This document shows, piece after piece, positions 39,933-50,383 of a DNA stretch of 64,000 bases. Where the stretch lies: assembly GCA_963789395.1 (NCBI GenBank), contig CAWBKP010000024.1:160001-224000 (forward strand). Direction: 5' to 3'. Numbering within the stretch: position 1 is the stretch's first letter; the number at the start of each line of letters is the position of its first letter. The stretch comes from an uncultured delta proteobacterium (GTDB lineage Bacteria > Desulfobacterota > Desulfobacteria > Desulfobacterales > Desulfatirhabdiaceae). The notes beneath the pieces were generated by a model, which had not been told where the DNA came from, made no database searches, and was given only the letters and a program-made list of their open reading frames with translations. Both the position numbers and the translations under genes were made by a program.

Positions 39933-40526
39933 CTATCCTGTAATGGGTTTATTTTCCAGCATCCTCCGGCAGGATGCAATCAGTTCATTAAACAGTGCGC
40001 CGGCGTCATAAAGATTGTAGAGTTTGAACCGCACCAGTCCATCCACCATCGTGAAAACAATCAAGGCGGTTTTTCTGGCAGGCATGGTGCCGATGGATCC
40101 ATCAGCCTGGCCGGACAGGATGGCCTGTTCAAAAATATCCACAAAACAGTTGTAAATGGATTCCAGATGGTCCCGGCAAACCGGATTGACTTCAGCCAGT
40201 TCATAGGGATATCTGCGGTGCAGCAGTAAAAAAAGATCTTCCTTTAATCCGGCCAGGTACAGATAAAACGATATCGCACCTTCCATCATTTCAATACCGG
40301 TTTTAAATTTTCTGTTCTCCGTATACCGGTTAAATTCAGACAGAATGTCTTCTTTTGCAGTCTTTAAAATTTCCAGGAAAATGCCTTGTTTTGTTTTGAA
40401 ATGATAAAAAATCGTGCCTTCCGCCGCACCGGTGGTTTTGGACAGTTCGGCCATCGACGTGTCCTTGAATCCTTTTCTGGCAAAAAGTTGCATGGCAGCC
40501 CGAAGAATAATCTCTTTTTTTTTCAT
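39933..40526 (-). CDS. TetR/AcrR family transcriptional regulator
   Basis: ILRAAMQLFARKGF..TSMAELSKTTGAAEGTIFYHFKTK. Confidence 0.92.
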   Translation of the reverse strand: MKKKEIILRAAMQLFARKGFKDTSMAELSKTTGAAEGTIFYHFKTKQGIFLEILKTAKEDILSEFNRYTENRKFKTGIEMMEGAISFYLYLAGLKEDLFLLLHRRYPYELAEVNPVCRDHLESIYNCFVDIFEQAILSGQADGSIGTMPARKTALIVFTMVDGLVRFKLYNLYDAGALFNELIASCRRMLENKPITG

Positions 40527-40549
40527 TGACAGATTCCTGTAACATTTAT

Positions 40550-40601
40550 ACTGAGTACTCAGTCGGTTTTTGTAATTATCGCAATGAATCCGAGGTGTCA
40601 A
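40550..40601 (-). promoter_or_regulatory. tetR-sulP promoter with palindromic operator ACTGAGTACTCAGT
   Basis: TTGACA at 40601-40596; perfect 14-bp palindrome at 40550-40563 near the predicted +1. Confidence 0.65.
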
Positions 40602-40855
40602 TAAAAAAATTGTTCTACAGAATCCGGTCTTCACATACCGGAGATTACCGTGTTTGAATGCATTGCATCTTATTCACATGTAAACACATAAATCATTCAT
40701 CATTTGTGTAATTTCAGATCTCTGGGCTGCATGCTTTCACTTTCATGATGGTTTATTTAAATTGACAATCCTTGTGATCTGCATTATTTTTTTTAATATT
40801 AAAATCTTGATCCCCCTGCAGTGTGCCTTTTCCAAAAGAATTTGGAGGCTTGTTC

Positions 40856-42640
40856 TTGTCTTACTCCATCCCGGCAGAAAAAGTATCAGAAATCAAACAC
40901 AGCGCCGATATCCTGGAAATCATATCCGATGCGGTTGCGTTAAAAAAAGCCGGCAGGAATTATCTCGGGCTTTGTCCATTTCACTCAGAAAAAACGCCAT
41001 CATTTACCGTCAGCCCGGACAAGCAGATGTTTCACTGCTTTGGTTGCGGTGAGGGAGGCGATGTCTTTACCTATGTCATGAAGCAGGAAGGAATAACGTT
41101 TCACGAAGCCGTCCGATTGCTGGCCAGACGTTACAGTATCATGATTGTGGATCAGAGCGCCGATCCTGCTGCAAAAAAACAGATGGACGAAAGAGAACTT
41201 CTCTTTCAGATCAACCGTCAGGCCATGGAATTTTTCCATCATGCCCTGCTGAAATCCCAAGGCGGGACTTCGGCGCTTTCTTATCTGACCAACCGCGGGA
41301 TGCCTTCCCATATCCTCACCGATTTCAATCTTGGGTATGCACCGGCGGGCTGGACCCATCTGACCCATTATTTTACGCAAAAAAGCGTGCCCCTGGCCCT
41401 TGTGGAGAAAGCCGGCCTGATCAGCCGCCGCCAAGGCGGGAGCGGCTATTATGACCGGTTTCGGGACCGCATCATTTTTCCGATTTTCAATATTCACCAC
41501 CAGGTGGCGGGTTTCGGGGGGCGGGTTCTGGATGATTCTCTGCCCAAATATCTCAACTCTCCGGAAACCCCTCTTTACAGCAAAAGCCGCTCGCTTTACG
41601 GCCTGTTACAGGCAAAGCCGTTTTGTCGACAGACCGGAGAAGTATTTATTTCCGAAGGATATATGGATTTGCTCTCGCTGCATCTTTATGGCATTCAGAA
41701 TTCAGTTGCCACACTGGGCACAGCCATGACCGAAGAACATATCCGCATTCTGAAGGGGGTATCACAGAAAATAACATTGGTCTATGACTCGGATCTGGCG
41801 GGAATCAAAGCTGCTCAGCGGTGTATAGAGCTTTTCAAGGCCCATCACCAATTGGAGGATATCCGCATCCTGGTGTTGCCCGAAGGGCATGATCCCGATA
41901 CCTATCTTCGGCAATTCGGGCCGGAAGCCTTTAGAAATGCCGCCCATGAAGCTGCCGGCGTATTTTCCTTTCTGATGGATATCGCCATAAAAAAACACGG
42001 TCTGTCTCTGGAAGGCAAATTGCGCATAATCAAGGAAATGCAGGGGCCCCTGTCTACGCTGACCGATGGTCTGACCCGGATATCAGCTATCAAGGAAATT
42101 GCTGAACGAACAGGGATCGATGAAAGCGCGATACAGGAAAAAATACGAGAAATTTCTCCGCGCCGGCATTCCAGAGCAAAACCGGTCAAAACTGTGACGG
42201 ATGCGGGAAATAAATTTGAGAAGCACCTGATTGCCATGATGCTTCAATTTCCCGATATCATTCCGGTTCTGATTGAAAAAAACCTCATTGAATATATTTC
42301 AGATCCTTTGCTAAAATCCGCAGGAAATGATATACTATCATGTTATCATGATCTGAATACCGCAGTGGATGAGATCAAAGATCTGCCTTCAATTGTGTTG
42401 ATGGCTGCGGACAGTGATGAAAAAAAAAGATTGATTGCAGCTTTTTCCATTCAGAATGAGGAGTGGGATCTTGAAGGCTGTCGTAAATTGATTGGTCAAA
42501 TTGAAAGAAATCAAAAGCGAGATAACCTCCGGATGTTGCGGCAAAGAATGAAAGCTGCTGAAGAAAGTGGCGAACAAGAGTTGCTGCGAAAATTAACAAA
42601 AGAATGTTCAGACGGTCAGGTGTTCGCAGGAGGCAGGTAA
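40856..42640 (+). CDS. dnaG: DNA primase
   Basis: [49 protein letters not shown] start after GGAGG. Confidence 0.96.
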   Translation: MSYSIPAEKVSEIKHSADILEIISDAVALKKAGRNYLGLCPFHSEKTPSFTVSPDKQMFHCFGCGEGGDVFTYVMKQEGITFHEAVRLLARRYSIMIVDQSADPAAKKQMDERELLFQINRQAMEFFHHALLKSQGGTSALSYLTNRGMPSHILTDFNLGYAPAGWTHLTHYFTQKSVPLALVEKAGLISRRQGGSGYYDRFRDRIIFPIFNIHHQVAGFGGRVLDDSLPKYLNSPETPLYSKSRSLYGLLQAKPFCRQTGEVFISEGYMDLLSLHLYGIQNSVATLGTAMTEEHIRILKGVSQKITLVYDSDLAGIKAAQRCIELFKAHHQLEDIRILVLPEGHDPDTYLRQFGPEAFRNAAHEAAGVFSFLMDIAIKKHGLSLEGKLRIIKEMQGPLSTLTDGLTRISAIKEIAERTGIDESAIQEKIREISPRRHSRAKPVKTVTDAGNKFEKHLIAMMLQFPDIIPVLIEKNLIEYISDPLLKSAGNDILSCYHDLNTAVDEIKDLPSIVLMAADSDEKKRLIAAFSIQNEEWDLEGCRKLIGQIERNQKRDNLRMLRQRMKAAEESGEQELLRKLTKECSDGQVFAGGR

Positions 42641-42642
42641 TT

Positions 42643-44406
42643 ATGGCGAAAACATCCGTTGGCAAACGGAAACTCGATAAAAAAAACGTGGCAAAAACCC
42701 TGACGGATCTTATCTCCAAAGGAAAGGAAAAAGGATCTCTCACCTATGACGACATCAACCGGGCCCTGCCTGAGGATATGATTTCCTCGGAACAATTAGA
42801 TGAAACGCTGATGATTTTTGATGATCTGGATATTGACGTATTGGATGAAAAGGCTTCCGGTTCCAGTGAAAATGAAGCCAAGGAAGCGGTGAAACGGGCC
42901 AGAAAAGAAACAGCCATGACGGATTTCGGGGCAGTAACCGACCCGGTCAAAATGTATCTGCGCGAAATGGGACTGGTGACCCTCCTCAGCCGCGAAGGGG
43001 AAGTGGAAATCGCCAAAAAAATCGAGGCCGGTGAACAGGAAGTTTTAAAAGCGCTGATTGACACGACTACCGGTATCGAATGTCTGCTGAATCTTGGCGT
43101 TGATATTGAAAACGGCGCCTTACGCCCCAAATATGTTCTCAAAGATATTGACGAAGGCGATGCCTATGTGGATGAAGTGGTTCAGACGGAAAAATTTTTA
43201 AATACCATTCGCCAGATCAAGGCCATTCATGAAGAGAACAGGATTTCCCGCGAAAAATTGTTTGCTTCGGAACTGGAAGCCGATGAGATTCGCAGAATCC
43301 GGCGGGCCATTTCAAGAAAAAATACAAAGATTTTTGACTTGTTGAAAGACTGGCGCCTTGAAGGAAATATCGTTGATAAGATCGAGCAGATCATTCGCTC
43401 CCAGATAGACTGGTTCGATGCCATGAACAAGATGCTGGCATTGTCATCGGAAGCCATGGGGGTGTCTGTGACGGAGCTGGTCAGTCACTTGAACACGGCT
43501 CAGGATTTTTCAGCATGGATTCAGCCGCTTTGCCGTCTGAATCCAAATGAGATCGATGCATTGTTTGCCGATTTATCCGGATTCAGTCTCCAGATTGTTG
43601 AAAAAGAGCTTGCCGTCAAATCAAAATCTCAGGCATTGAAACGAATTCTCTCGGATGTCGATGAAGGCCGCTATAAAGCCAAGCTGGCCAAAAGCGAGCT
43701 GACAAAGGCCAATCTGAGGCTTGTGGTGAGTATCGCCAAAAAATATACCAACCGCGGGCTTCAGTTTCTGGATCTGATCCAGGAGGGAAACATCGGATTG
43801 ATGAAGGCAGTGGATAAATTCGAGTACCGCAGAGGCTATAAATTCAGCACGTATGCCACCTGGTGGATCCGTCAGGCAATTACCCGGGCCATTGCCGACC
43901 AGGCCAGAACCATCCGGATACCGGTCCACATGATTGAAACCATCAATAAACTCATTCGTACCTCACGGTACCTGGTTCAAGAGCTTGGCCGCGAGCCTAG
44001 GCCCGAAGAAATTGCCGAAAAGATGGAAATACCCCTGGACAAGGTTCGAAAAGTATTAAAAATCGCCCGAGAACCGATTTCGCTGGAAACTCCCATCGGG
44101 GAAGAAGAGGACAGCCATCTTGGGGATTTCATAGAAGACAAGAAGTTCATGCTTCCTTCAGATGCGGCAGTCAGTCTGAATCTGGCGGAACAGACTCGAA
44201 AAGTACTGGCCACGTTAACTCCCCGGGAAGAAAAAGTGTTGCGGATGCGTTTTGGAATCGGTGAAAAGGCAGATCATACACTTGAAGAGGTTGGTCAGGA
44301 CTTTGCCGTCACACGGGAGCGTATACGCCAGATTGAGGCAAAAGCCCTCAGAAAGCTTCGGCATCCCACAAGGAGTAAGAAGTTAAAAAGTTTTATTGAT
44401 ATGTAA
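42643..44406 (+). CDS. rpoD: RNA polymerase sigma factor RpoD
   Basis: [73 protein letters not shown]. Confidence 0.98.
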   Translation: MAKTSVGKRKLDKKNVAKTLTDLISKGKEKGSLTYDDINRALPEDMISSEQLDETLMIFDDLDIDVLDEKASGSSENEAKEAVKRARKETAMTDFGAVTDPVKMYLREMGLVTLLSREGEVEIAKKIEAGEQEVLKALIDTTTGIECLLNLGVDIENGALRPKYVLKDIDEGDAYVDEVVQTEKFLNTIRQIKAIHEENRISREKLFASELEADEIRRIRRAISRKNTKIFDLLKDWRLEGNIVDKIEQIIRSQIDWFDAMNKMLALSSEAMGVSVTELVSHLNTAQDFSAWIQPLCRLNPNEIDALFADLSGFSLQIVEKELAVKSKSQALKRILSDVDEGRYKAKLAKSELTKANLRLVVSIAKKYTNRGLQFLDLIQEGNIGLMKAVDKFEYRRGYKFSTYATWWIRQAITRAIADQARTIRIPVHMIETINKLIRTSRYLVQELGREPRPEEIAEKMEIPLDKVRKVLKIAREPISLETPIGEEEDSHLGDFIEDKKFMLPSDAAVSLNLAEQTRKVLATLTPREEKVLRMRFGIGEKADHTLEEVGQDFAVTRERIRQIEAKALRKLRHPTRSKKLKSFIDM

Positions 44407-44449
44407 AGCTTGACAAAAATTGATCCTAAAGCTAAAAAAGAAGACTATT

Positions 44450-44522
44450 GGGCCCATAGCTCAGCTGGAAGAGCCACCGGCTCATAACCGGTCGGTCCCT
44501 GGTTCGAACCCAGGTGGGCCCA
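44450..44522 (+). tRNA. tRNA with CAT anticodon, most likely tRNA-Ile2 (lysidine-modified)
   Basis: Cloverleaf GGGCCCA/TGGGCCC, anticodon arm ccgg-CTCATAA-ccgg, GTTCGAA T-loop; located after rpoD; CCA not encoded. Confidence 0.92.
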
Positions 44523-44533
44523 TCAATTCGATA

Positions 44534-44566
44534 GAAAAGGCGTGGAATGATTCCACGCCTTTTTTT
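44534..44566 (+). terminator. Rho-independent terminator after the tRNA
   Basis: aaaaggcgtggaa-tga-ttccacgcc followed by a T-run. Confidence 0.85.
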
Positions 44567-44586
44567 CATTTGCAGGAGTTGGCAAC

Positions 44587-45702
44587 ATGCCGAGTGTTCG
44601 GGATATTATCAATGTAATGGAAGAATTGGCGCCCTCCGGCCTGGCTGAATCCTGGGACGCTGTCGGGCTGCAGGCGGGAAACAGGGACTGGCCTGTTCGC
44701 TCGATCTGGGTGGCGCTGGATCCGTTGCCGGAAGTGGTTTCGGCAGCCTGCGATCACCATGTGGACATGCTGATCACCCATCATCCGCTTGTGTTTCAGC
44801 CCTTGAAAAATCTGGATTTCAGTTCACCCATCGGTTCAATTCTCTATCAATCCGCTGTCAATCAACTGGCCGTTTACTGTGCCCATACCAATCTGGATAA
44901 AGTATCCGGAGGCTTGAACGATATCCTGGCAAAGCGGATCGGGCTTGAACAGGTTGAAATTCTCATGCATAGTGAAGATGCCGAAACCTGCAAACTCGTA
45001 CTGTATGTTCCTGCCGATCATGAACAGCAGGTGCTGAGCGCGCTGTTTCAGACACCTGCCGGAATCATCGGCGAGTATTCTTGCTGCGCATTCAGAAATG
45101 CCGGAAAAGGCAGTTTTCTTCCGGGAGCTCAGGCCATACCGTTTATCGGGAAACTTGGTGAGATTTCCCATGTAGATGAAATCCGCATTGAAACGCTTGT
45201 CCGAAAAAAAGATGTAACTGCGATTGTCTCGCATGTCAGAAACCATCATCCCTACCAGAGCATGGCTTTTGACGTTTACCCCCTGTTGCCTGTTGAGAGC
45301 AGGCATGGTTTTGGCCGGACAGGCACGATGGCCGTTCCCATGAATTTGTCGCAATTTGCTCAAACTGTTAAGGAAATATTTTGTTTGCCGAATGTAAAAT
45401 TATCCGGAAATCCGGATATGTTGGTTCAGCGGGTCGCGGTGTGTTCCGGAAGCGGCTCCAGCCTTTTGAATGCGTTTTTTGCTTCAAGCGCCGATGTTTA
45501 CATCAGCGGGGATCTCCGGTATCACGATGCCAGATCAGCTGAATCGGCCGGCAAGGCATTGCTTGACATCGGGCACTTTTCATCCGAGCACCTGATGATC
45601 GACCCGGTCTGCGACTTTCTTCGCCGGCAGATATCCAACGCTTCCTGGCAAGTTCGCGTAGAAGCCTGCCGGCTTGAAAAAGATCCATTTGTCATGATAT
45701 AA
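44587..45702 (+). CDS. Nif3-like dinuclear metal centre protein (YqfO type, with PII-like insert)
   Basis: AESWDAVGL, ITHHPL, AHTNLD, HHPYQ, GDLRYH, DIGHF.SE. Confidence 0.92.
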   Translation: MPSVRDIINVMEELAPSGLAESWDAVGLQAGNRDWPVRSIWVALDPLPEVVSAACDHHVDMLITHHPLVFQPLKNLDFSSPIGSILYQSAVNQLAVYCAHTNLDKVSGGLNDILAKRIGLEQVEILMHSEDAETCKLVLYVPADHEQQVLSALFQTPAGIIGEYSCCAFRNAGKGSFLPGAQAIPFIGKLGEISHVDEIRIETLVRKKDVTAIVSHVRNHHPYQSMAFDVYPLLPVESRHGFGRTGTMAVPMNLSQFAQTVKEIFCLPNVKLSGNPDMLVQRVAVCSGSGSSLLNAFFASSADVYISGDLRYHDARSAESAGKALLDIGHFSSEHLMIDPVCDFLRRQISNASWQVRVEACRLEKDPFVMI

Positions 45703-45710
45703 GATAAAAC

Positions 45711-45799
45711 GGTTATGGGTGATGGGCTATGGACGATAGGTCATGGGCGAGAATTTTCAACACTCCCTATAGCCCATCCCCCATAACCTATCACCTGTG
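45711..45799. repeat. Inverted heptamer-repeat element (NATGGGY)5 / (NCCYATN)5
   Basis: tatgggt gatgggc tatggac gataggt catgggc ... ccctata gcccatc ccccata acctatc acctgtg. Confidence 0.75.
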
Positions 45800-45832
45800 C
45801 TATTTATTAACCCCAACATTGCGGGTAACGAT

Positions 45833-46543
45833 ATGAAAGATCAGATAGAAATACTTGTTTCACTTCAGCAGATTGAAATTGAATCGTCAAGCGTCAAAGC
45901 ACACCTGTGTTCGATGTCCAAAAAACTGGATCTTCTGAGCTTTAGCCTGAACGAACTGAACCAGCGCATTGCGGATGAAACTGCGAAAATAGATGAATTG
46001 AAAAAGCAGTATCGCTCCAACGAATCTGACATCAAACAGAATCAGGTCATGATTAAAAGAAGTCAGGATCGACTGAATTCCATCAAGAACAATCGCGAAT
46101 ATCAGGCACTCTTAAAAGAAATTGAAGAACTCAAGCGAACCAATTCCACAACCGAGGAATTGATGATTGATTGTTTGAATCAAATTGACGAATCCGAGAA
46201 AAAAACTGCGGCGATGCAAGAAGAGTTGCAACTCGTCCAAAATGATATCCGGCAGGAACAGCAGGTTGTCGATATTGAAACCGATACTGCCGGCAAACGG
46301 CTGCAAGCACTGGATCAGGAACGCCAGAAAATGTCCTGTAAAATTGAGGCGGAAGTATTGAAGTTGTTTCAGAAGGTTCAGTCCCAGCAAGTCCGGGGAA
46401 ATGCCGTTGTTCCGGTTCAGGACGCAGTCTGTCATGGATGTTATGTCAATATTCCGCCGCAGATGTATAATGAACTCCAGCGATGTGACAAACTCAGAAT
46501 GTGTCCGAACTGTCAGCGGATCATCTACTGGAAGCAGAGTTAA
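45833..46543 (+). CDS. Coiled-coil protein with C4 zinc ribbon (DUF164 / HP0958-CT398-like)
   Basis: LQQIE, NNREYQALLKEI, CHGCYVNIPPQ..CPNCQRIIY. Confidence 0.9.
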   Translation: MKDQIEILVSLQQIEIESSSVKAHLCSMSKKLDLLSFSLNELNQRIADETAKIDELKKQYRSNESDIKQNQVMIKRSQDRLNSIKNNREYQALLKEIEELKRTNSTTEELMIDCLNQIDESEKKTAAMQEELQLVQNDIRQEQQVVDIETDTAGKRLQALDQERQKMSCKIEAEVLKLFQKVQSQQVRGNAVVPVQDAVCHGCYVNIPPQMYNELQRCDKLRMCPNCQRIIYWKQS

Positions 46544-46555
46544 CAGGTTGATTTT

Positions 46556-46964
46556 GGCCGAAGCAGAACAGGCGATCGCCGGATTCACCAGGATCCGGAG
46601 GAAAGTCCGAACACCACAGGGCAGGGTGCTCCATAACGTGGAGTCGTGGTAACGCGAAGGAAAGTGCAACAGAAAATATACCGCCCGGCTCATTCACTTT
46701 CTGCGTGCAGCGCTGACGGTGAAAAAGCCTGGTAAGGGTGAAATGGTGCGGTAAGAGCGCACCAGTTCTTCGGGTGACCGGAGAAGCTTGGTAAACCCCA
46801 CCTGGTGCAAGACCAAATAGAGGAGCGCTTGAAGGCGGCCCGCCTGAGCTCCCGGGTAGGTTGCAGGAGGCGCCTGGCAACAGGCGTCCACAGAGGAATG
46901 ATCGTCAGCCGGAATCGGGTAACCGATTCCGGATACAGGATTCGGCTTACGGGCTGCTTCGGCC
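46556..46964 (+). ncRNA. rnpB: RNase P RNA (bacterial class A)
   Basis: GAGGAAAGTCCG, GGAAAGTGCAACAG, GGGTGAAA..GCGGTAAGAGCGC, GGTAAACCCC, TTCGGCTTA; terminal P1 ggccgaagcag/ctgcttcggcc. Confidence 0.96.
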
Positions 46965-47000
46965 ATTTTTTATAAAGGGTTAGGGATAAGAGGATTTTTT

Positions 47001-47759
47001 ATGTTGGTAATTGAAGAACTCAGGGTTGAAGTCGGCGGTAAACCGATCCTGAAGAACGTGAACATGCATATCCCGGAAGGTGAAACCCATATTCTCTTCG
47101 GACCCAACGGGTCGGGTAAGACCAGTCTGATGATGACATTGATGGGATTTTCCGGTTATGTCGTGACCCACGGAAAAATTACCTTTAGAAACCATGATAT
47201 TACGTATTTGCCGATTTGCGATCGCGCCCGTATGGGAATCGGCATCTCCTTTCAGCGGCCACCGACTATCAATGGTCTGAAAACCCGTGCCATGGTTGAA
47301 ATCTGCGCCGGAAATCGATCCGTGGACGTTGATGGGCTTTCGGCACAGCTCAATTTCCAGGAATTTCTGGAAAGAGACGTGAATCATAATTTTTCCGGCG
47401 GCGAGATCAAGCGTTCCGAGCTGTTGCAGCTCATGGCACAGCAGCCCGACCTGGTGCTCCTGGATGAGCCGGAATCCGGCGTGGATCTGGAAAGCATCGT
47501 CATGCTGGGAGACACCATCAACAGCCTGCTCGGAAGGGGCATAAAACGTCCGAAACAAATTTCCCACAAGGAAATCGTCGGGGATCGCTCCAAATCCGCC
47601 CTGGTGATTACCCATACCGGCCATATTCTGGATTATATCAACGCCGACAAGGGGCAGGTGCTATACAACGGCGTTCTGTGCTGTTCGCGTAATGCAAGGG
47701 AAATCCTGAAATGGATTCGAGAATACGGGTACGAGGAGTGCGTTCGATGTCAGAATTAA
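47001..47759 (+). CDS. sufC: SufC-like ABC ATPase (SmsC type)
   Basis: GPNGSGKT, FQRP, FSGGEIKRSE, LLDEPESGVD, ITHTG; C-terminal ECVRC. Confidence 0.9.
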   Translation: MLVIEELRVEVGGKPILKNVNMHIPEGETHILFGPNGSGKTSLMMTLMGFSGYVVTHGKITFRNHDITYLPICDRARMGIGISFQRPPTINGLKTRAMVEICAGNRSVDVDGLSAQLNFQEFLERDVNHNFSGGEIKRSELLQLMAQQPDLVLLDEPESGVDLESIVMLGDTINSLLGRGIKRPKQISHKEIVGDRSKSALVITHTGHILDYINADKGQVLYNGVLCCSRNAREILKWIREYGYEECVRCQN

Positions 47760-48919
47760 AAAATAACGGGGTGGACCTGAACGTCTATCGGGACGATGCC
47801 GCTCCTCACGACTATCTTTCCGAATTAAGCCAGATGGATGCCGGGGATGCGCAGCAGTTTTTAAATGTGGGGGTGGACCCTTCGGAAAATGGCCGAGGTG
47901 GATCTTTTATTCAGAAAGACCGATCCGTGATTCATTGCAGATCCTGTCAACCGGGCATCGAGATCATGGGTATTTCTCAGGCTCGGAACCAGCATGAATG
48001 GTTGAAAGAGTATATGTGGAAAAATGTTTCTCCGGAAAGCGATTTGTTTACCAGCCGGGTCAAGGAAAAGCCCCATGAAGGATATTTTATCCGGTCGCTT
48101 CCGGGCACTAAATCCGTCCAGCCGGTACAGGCCTGTCTGTATATTGCCAGTGAAAAATTTTCCCAGCATGTGCACAATATCGTCATTGCCGAAGAAAATT
48201 CCGAACTGCACATCATTACCGGTTGTGCCACGGCCCCGCATCTGGTTTCCGGACTTCATGTCGGCGTTTCGGAATTCTTTGTCAAAAAAGGGGCCAAGCT
48301 TACCTTTACCATGATTCACGACTGGGGAGAACAGGTCAAGGTCCGCCCCCGAACCGTAACCCGAGTGGCGGAAGGCGGAACGATTATTTCCAATTACATT
48401 TCCCTGCGACCCGTGGGCTCTCTTCAGATGTTTCCGACCACTTATCTGGAAGGCAGGGGAGCAGTGGCCCGGTTTAACAGCATTCTGGTCGCCAGCAGGG
48501 GAAGTTATCTGGATGTGGGGTCGCGCGTGATATTGAGCGCGCCGGAAACCCGTGCCGAGATCATCTCCCGGGGGATCACAACCGGCGGCACCATCATTGC
48601 CAGGGGCGATCTGATCGGAAAAGTCGCAGGTGTCAAGGCCCATCTGGAATGCAAGGGCCTGATTCTGAACAATGGCCTTATGCACGCCATCCCTGAACTT
48701 TCAGGCCATGTTCCGGGCGTTGAAATGTCCCATGAGGCTGCGGTGGGTAAAATTGACAAGCGGGAAATCGAATACTTGATGGCCAGGGGGCTTGATGAAG
48801 AAGCTGCCATTTCCACGATTGTTCGCGGGTTCCTGAATGTGGATATCGAAGGATTGCCGCCGGCCTTGAAACAGAAACTGGATCAGACAGTTGCTGAAAC
48901 CCAGAAAGATATGATGTAG
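47747..48919 (+). CDS. sufB: SufB/SufD-family Fe-S scaffold (SmsB type)
   Basis: PVQACL, HNIVIAEE, ITGC, HLECKGL, PEL, SHEAAVGKI..YLMARGL..IVRGFL. Confidence 0.88.
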   Translation: MSELKNNGVDLNVYRDDAAPHDYLSELSQMDAGDAQQFLNVGVDPSENGRGGSFIQKDRSVIHCRSCQPGIEIMGISQARNQHEWLKEYMWKNVSPESDLFTSRVKEKPHEGYFIRSLPGTKSVQPVQACLYIASEKFSQHVHNIVIAEENSELHIITGCATAPHLVSGLHVGVSEFFVKKGAKLTFTMIHDWGEQVKVRPRTVTRVAEGGTIISNYISLRPVGSLQMFPTTYLEGRGAVARFNSILVASRGSYLDVGSRVILSAPETRAEIISRGITTGGTIIARGDLIGKVAGVKAHLECKGLILNNGLMHAIPELSGHVPGVEMSHEAAVGKIDKREIEYLMARGLDEEAAISTIVRGFLNVDIEGLPPALKQKLDQTVAETQKDMM

Positions 48920-49019
48920 CGGCGAGCGTTTACCCGGTTTCACGCTGAATGACATTCATGCGCCTATCCATGATGAACCTGTAACCAGTCAAGTCAACCC
49001 TCTTAAGGAGATTCCTAAC

Positions 49020-50324
49020 GTGTCGGCTCCCGCTTGTGACGTTCCATTTATTGAAAGAACCCGGTTTTTATCGCATGATCTGTTTAAATGCTGTCTGTAC
49101 ATTTCCGGTTTTACAACAGAGCAGAATCTGTTCACCAAAATGCTGTATTCCAAATTGACGGCAACCACCAAATTGCTTGAGGATTTTCTGGACTTTCATG
49201 GCGCCAAGAACAATAAAAACTGGTATTATTTCAGAGAGCTCACAGCTACACTCATTCATCTCAGCATCGGCAGTTATTCCCAGAAACATATTTCCAATAG
49301 ACTGGCTTTTTACGGGCTCAAAAACTCCGGTGAATTCGAAGCCCAGGGGCAGATTACACAGGCATTTCTCAATGCATCGCTGATGAAAATTGCACCGGCA
49401 ATCCTCGAAGAAGCTCGGAGACTGAACATCCCCATACCTGAAAGGGGGTATGAATCATCTGATTTTCCAACTTCGACCACCTGTGAAATGTTGGAGTCCG
49501 ATGTTGATGATACGGATAAAGACCAGCAGAAACAGCATATTGTAAAAATCGCCAGCGAGTTTCTCAGTATTGCCGGAAATTTTGACCAGCTTGGTTTTTA
49601 TGAACCCTATGATATTTCGGAAATTCGTGCGATAGTTCCTGAAAAAGTCAATGAAGTCGAAATTCGTCGTTTTGAAATGCTGGTTCACAATCTTCAGTCT
49701 TCGTTTGATACCTATGTCCTTCATGGGGGTTACCGGTTTGGGAAGCAAAAGCTGACAGACCTGCGCGGACATTTTTCAGTCGTTTTTCATCTGCTTCAGA
49801 TGACAGGGCGGCTCCTTCATCTTTATGAGCGTCATCTTCATGAAGCAGGATATAAAAACACCTATAAAATCGTTCGGGACCGACTTTCGTGCCTGGTGGA
49901 GCCTGAGTTGCTCCTGGATCGGACCATCAATTACGGACTTTATTATGCCTGTCATTTTCTGAACACCGGAAAAAAACTGGCGCGGGAAATTCTGAACGAA
50001 AACATTGAACGGTCCGCCATTAAAGTCGGTATACCGGTGGCCTTGGGCTTTCATAGCCGCCCAAGTCTTCTGGTTGCCAGAATTGTCCAGTATTACGGCG
50101 GGCAGGTCGAACTGTGCGTCGGACCGGACCGGTTTGATGCCAGCAGTGTTCTGGACATTCAATGGGCCGGCGGGAAAATCCACAAGGAAAATGTTGCGGA
50201 AGTGATTTTTGAAGGCGACACCCGGGCCCTTGCCGATATCGAAATTCTGGCCGGTGTGAATTACGGGGAAGATACGATGGGAAAAGGGGTTCCGCTGCCA
50301 AAAGAACTGAAGTATCTTAGATAA
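49020..50324 (+). CDS. Large protein with C-terminal HPr phosphocarrier domain and unknown N-terminal region
   Basis: AAGGAG RBS; GFHSRPS (His345) and DASSVLDI (Ser376) have the 31-residue spacing of HPr His15/Ser46. Confidence 0.8.
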   Translation: MSAPACDVPFIERTRFLSHDLFKCCLYISGFTTEQNLFTKMLYSKLTATTKLLEDFLDFHGAKNNKNWYYFRELTATLIHLSIGSYSQKHISNRLAFYGLKNSGEFEAQGQITQAFLNASLMKIAPAILEEARRLNIPIPERGYESSDFPTSTTCEMLESDVDDTDKDQQKQHIVKIASEFLSIAGNFDQLGFYEPYDISEIRAIVPEKVNEVEIRRFEMLVHNLQSSFDTYVLHGGYRFGKQKLTDLRGHFSVVFHLLQMTGRLLHLYERHLHEAGYKNTYKIVRDRLSCLVEPELLLDRTINYGLYYACHFLNTGKKLAREILNENIERSAIKVGIPVALGFHSRPSLLVARIVQYYGGQVELCVGPDRFDASSVLDIQWAGGKIHKENVAEVIFEGDTRALADIEILAGVNYGEDTMGKGVPLPKELKYLR

Positions 50325-50383
50325 AATAAAAAATACAAATTGAATCTAAGTCAGTGCGTTCAGATGCTGATTGGAAATGACAT

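Noticed and set aside
44450..44522. Initiator tRNA-fMet
   Set aside because: It has a paired G1-C72 and lacks the three consecutive G-C pairs in the anticodon stem; the context fits tRNA-Ile2.
45711..45799. Repeat arrays as a possible CRISPR
   Set aside because: The units are degenerate 7-mers without spacers, and there are no cas genes in the window.
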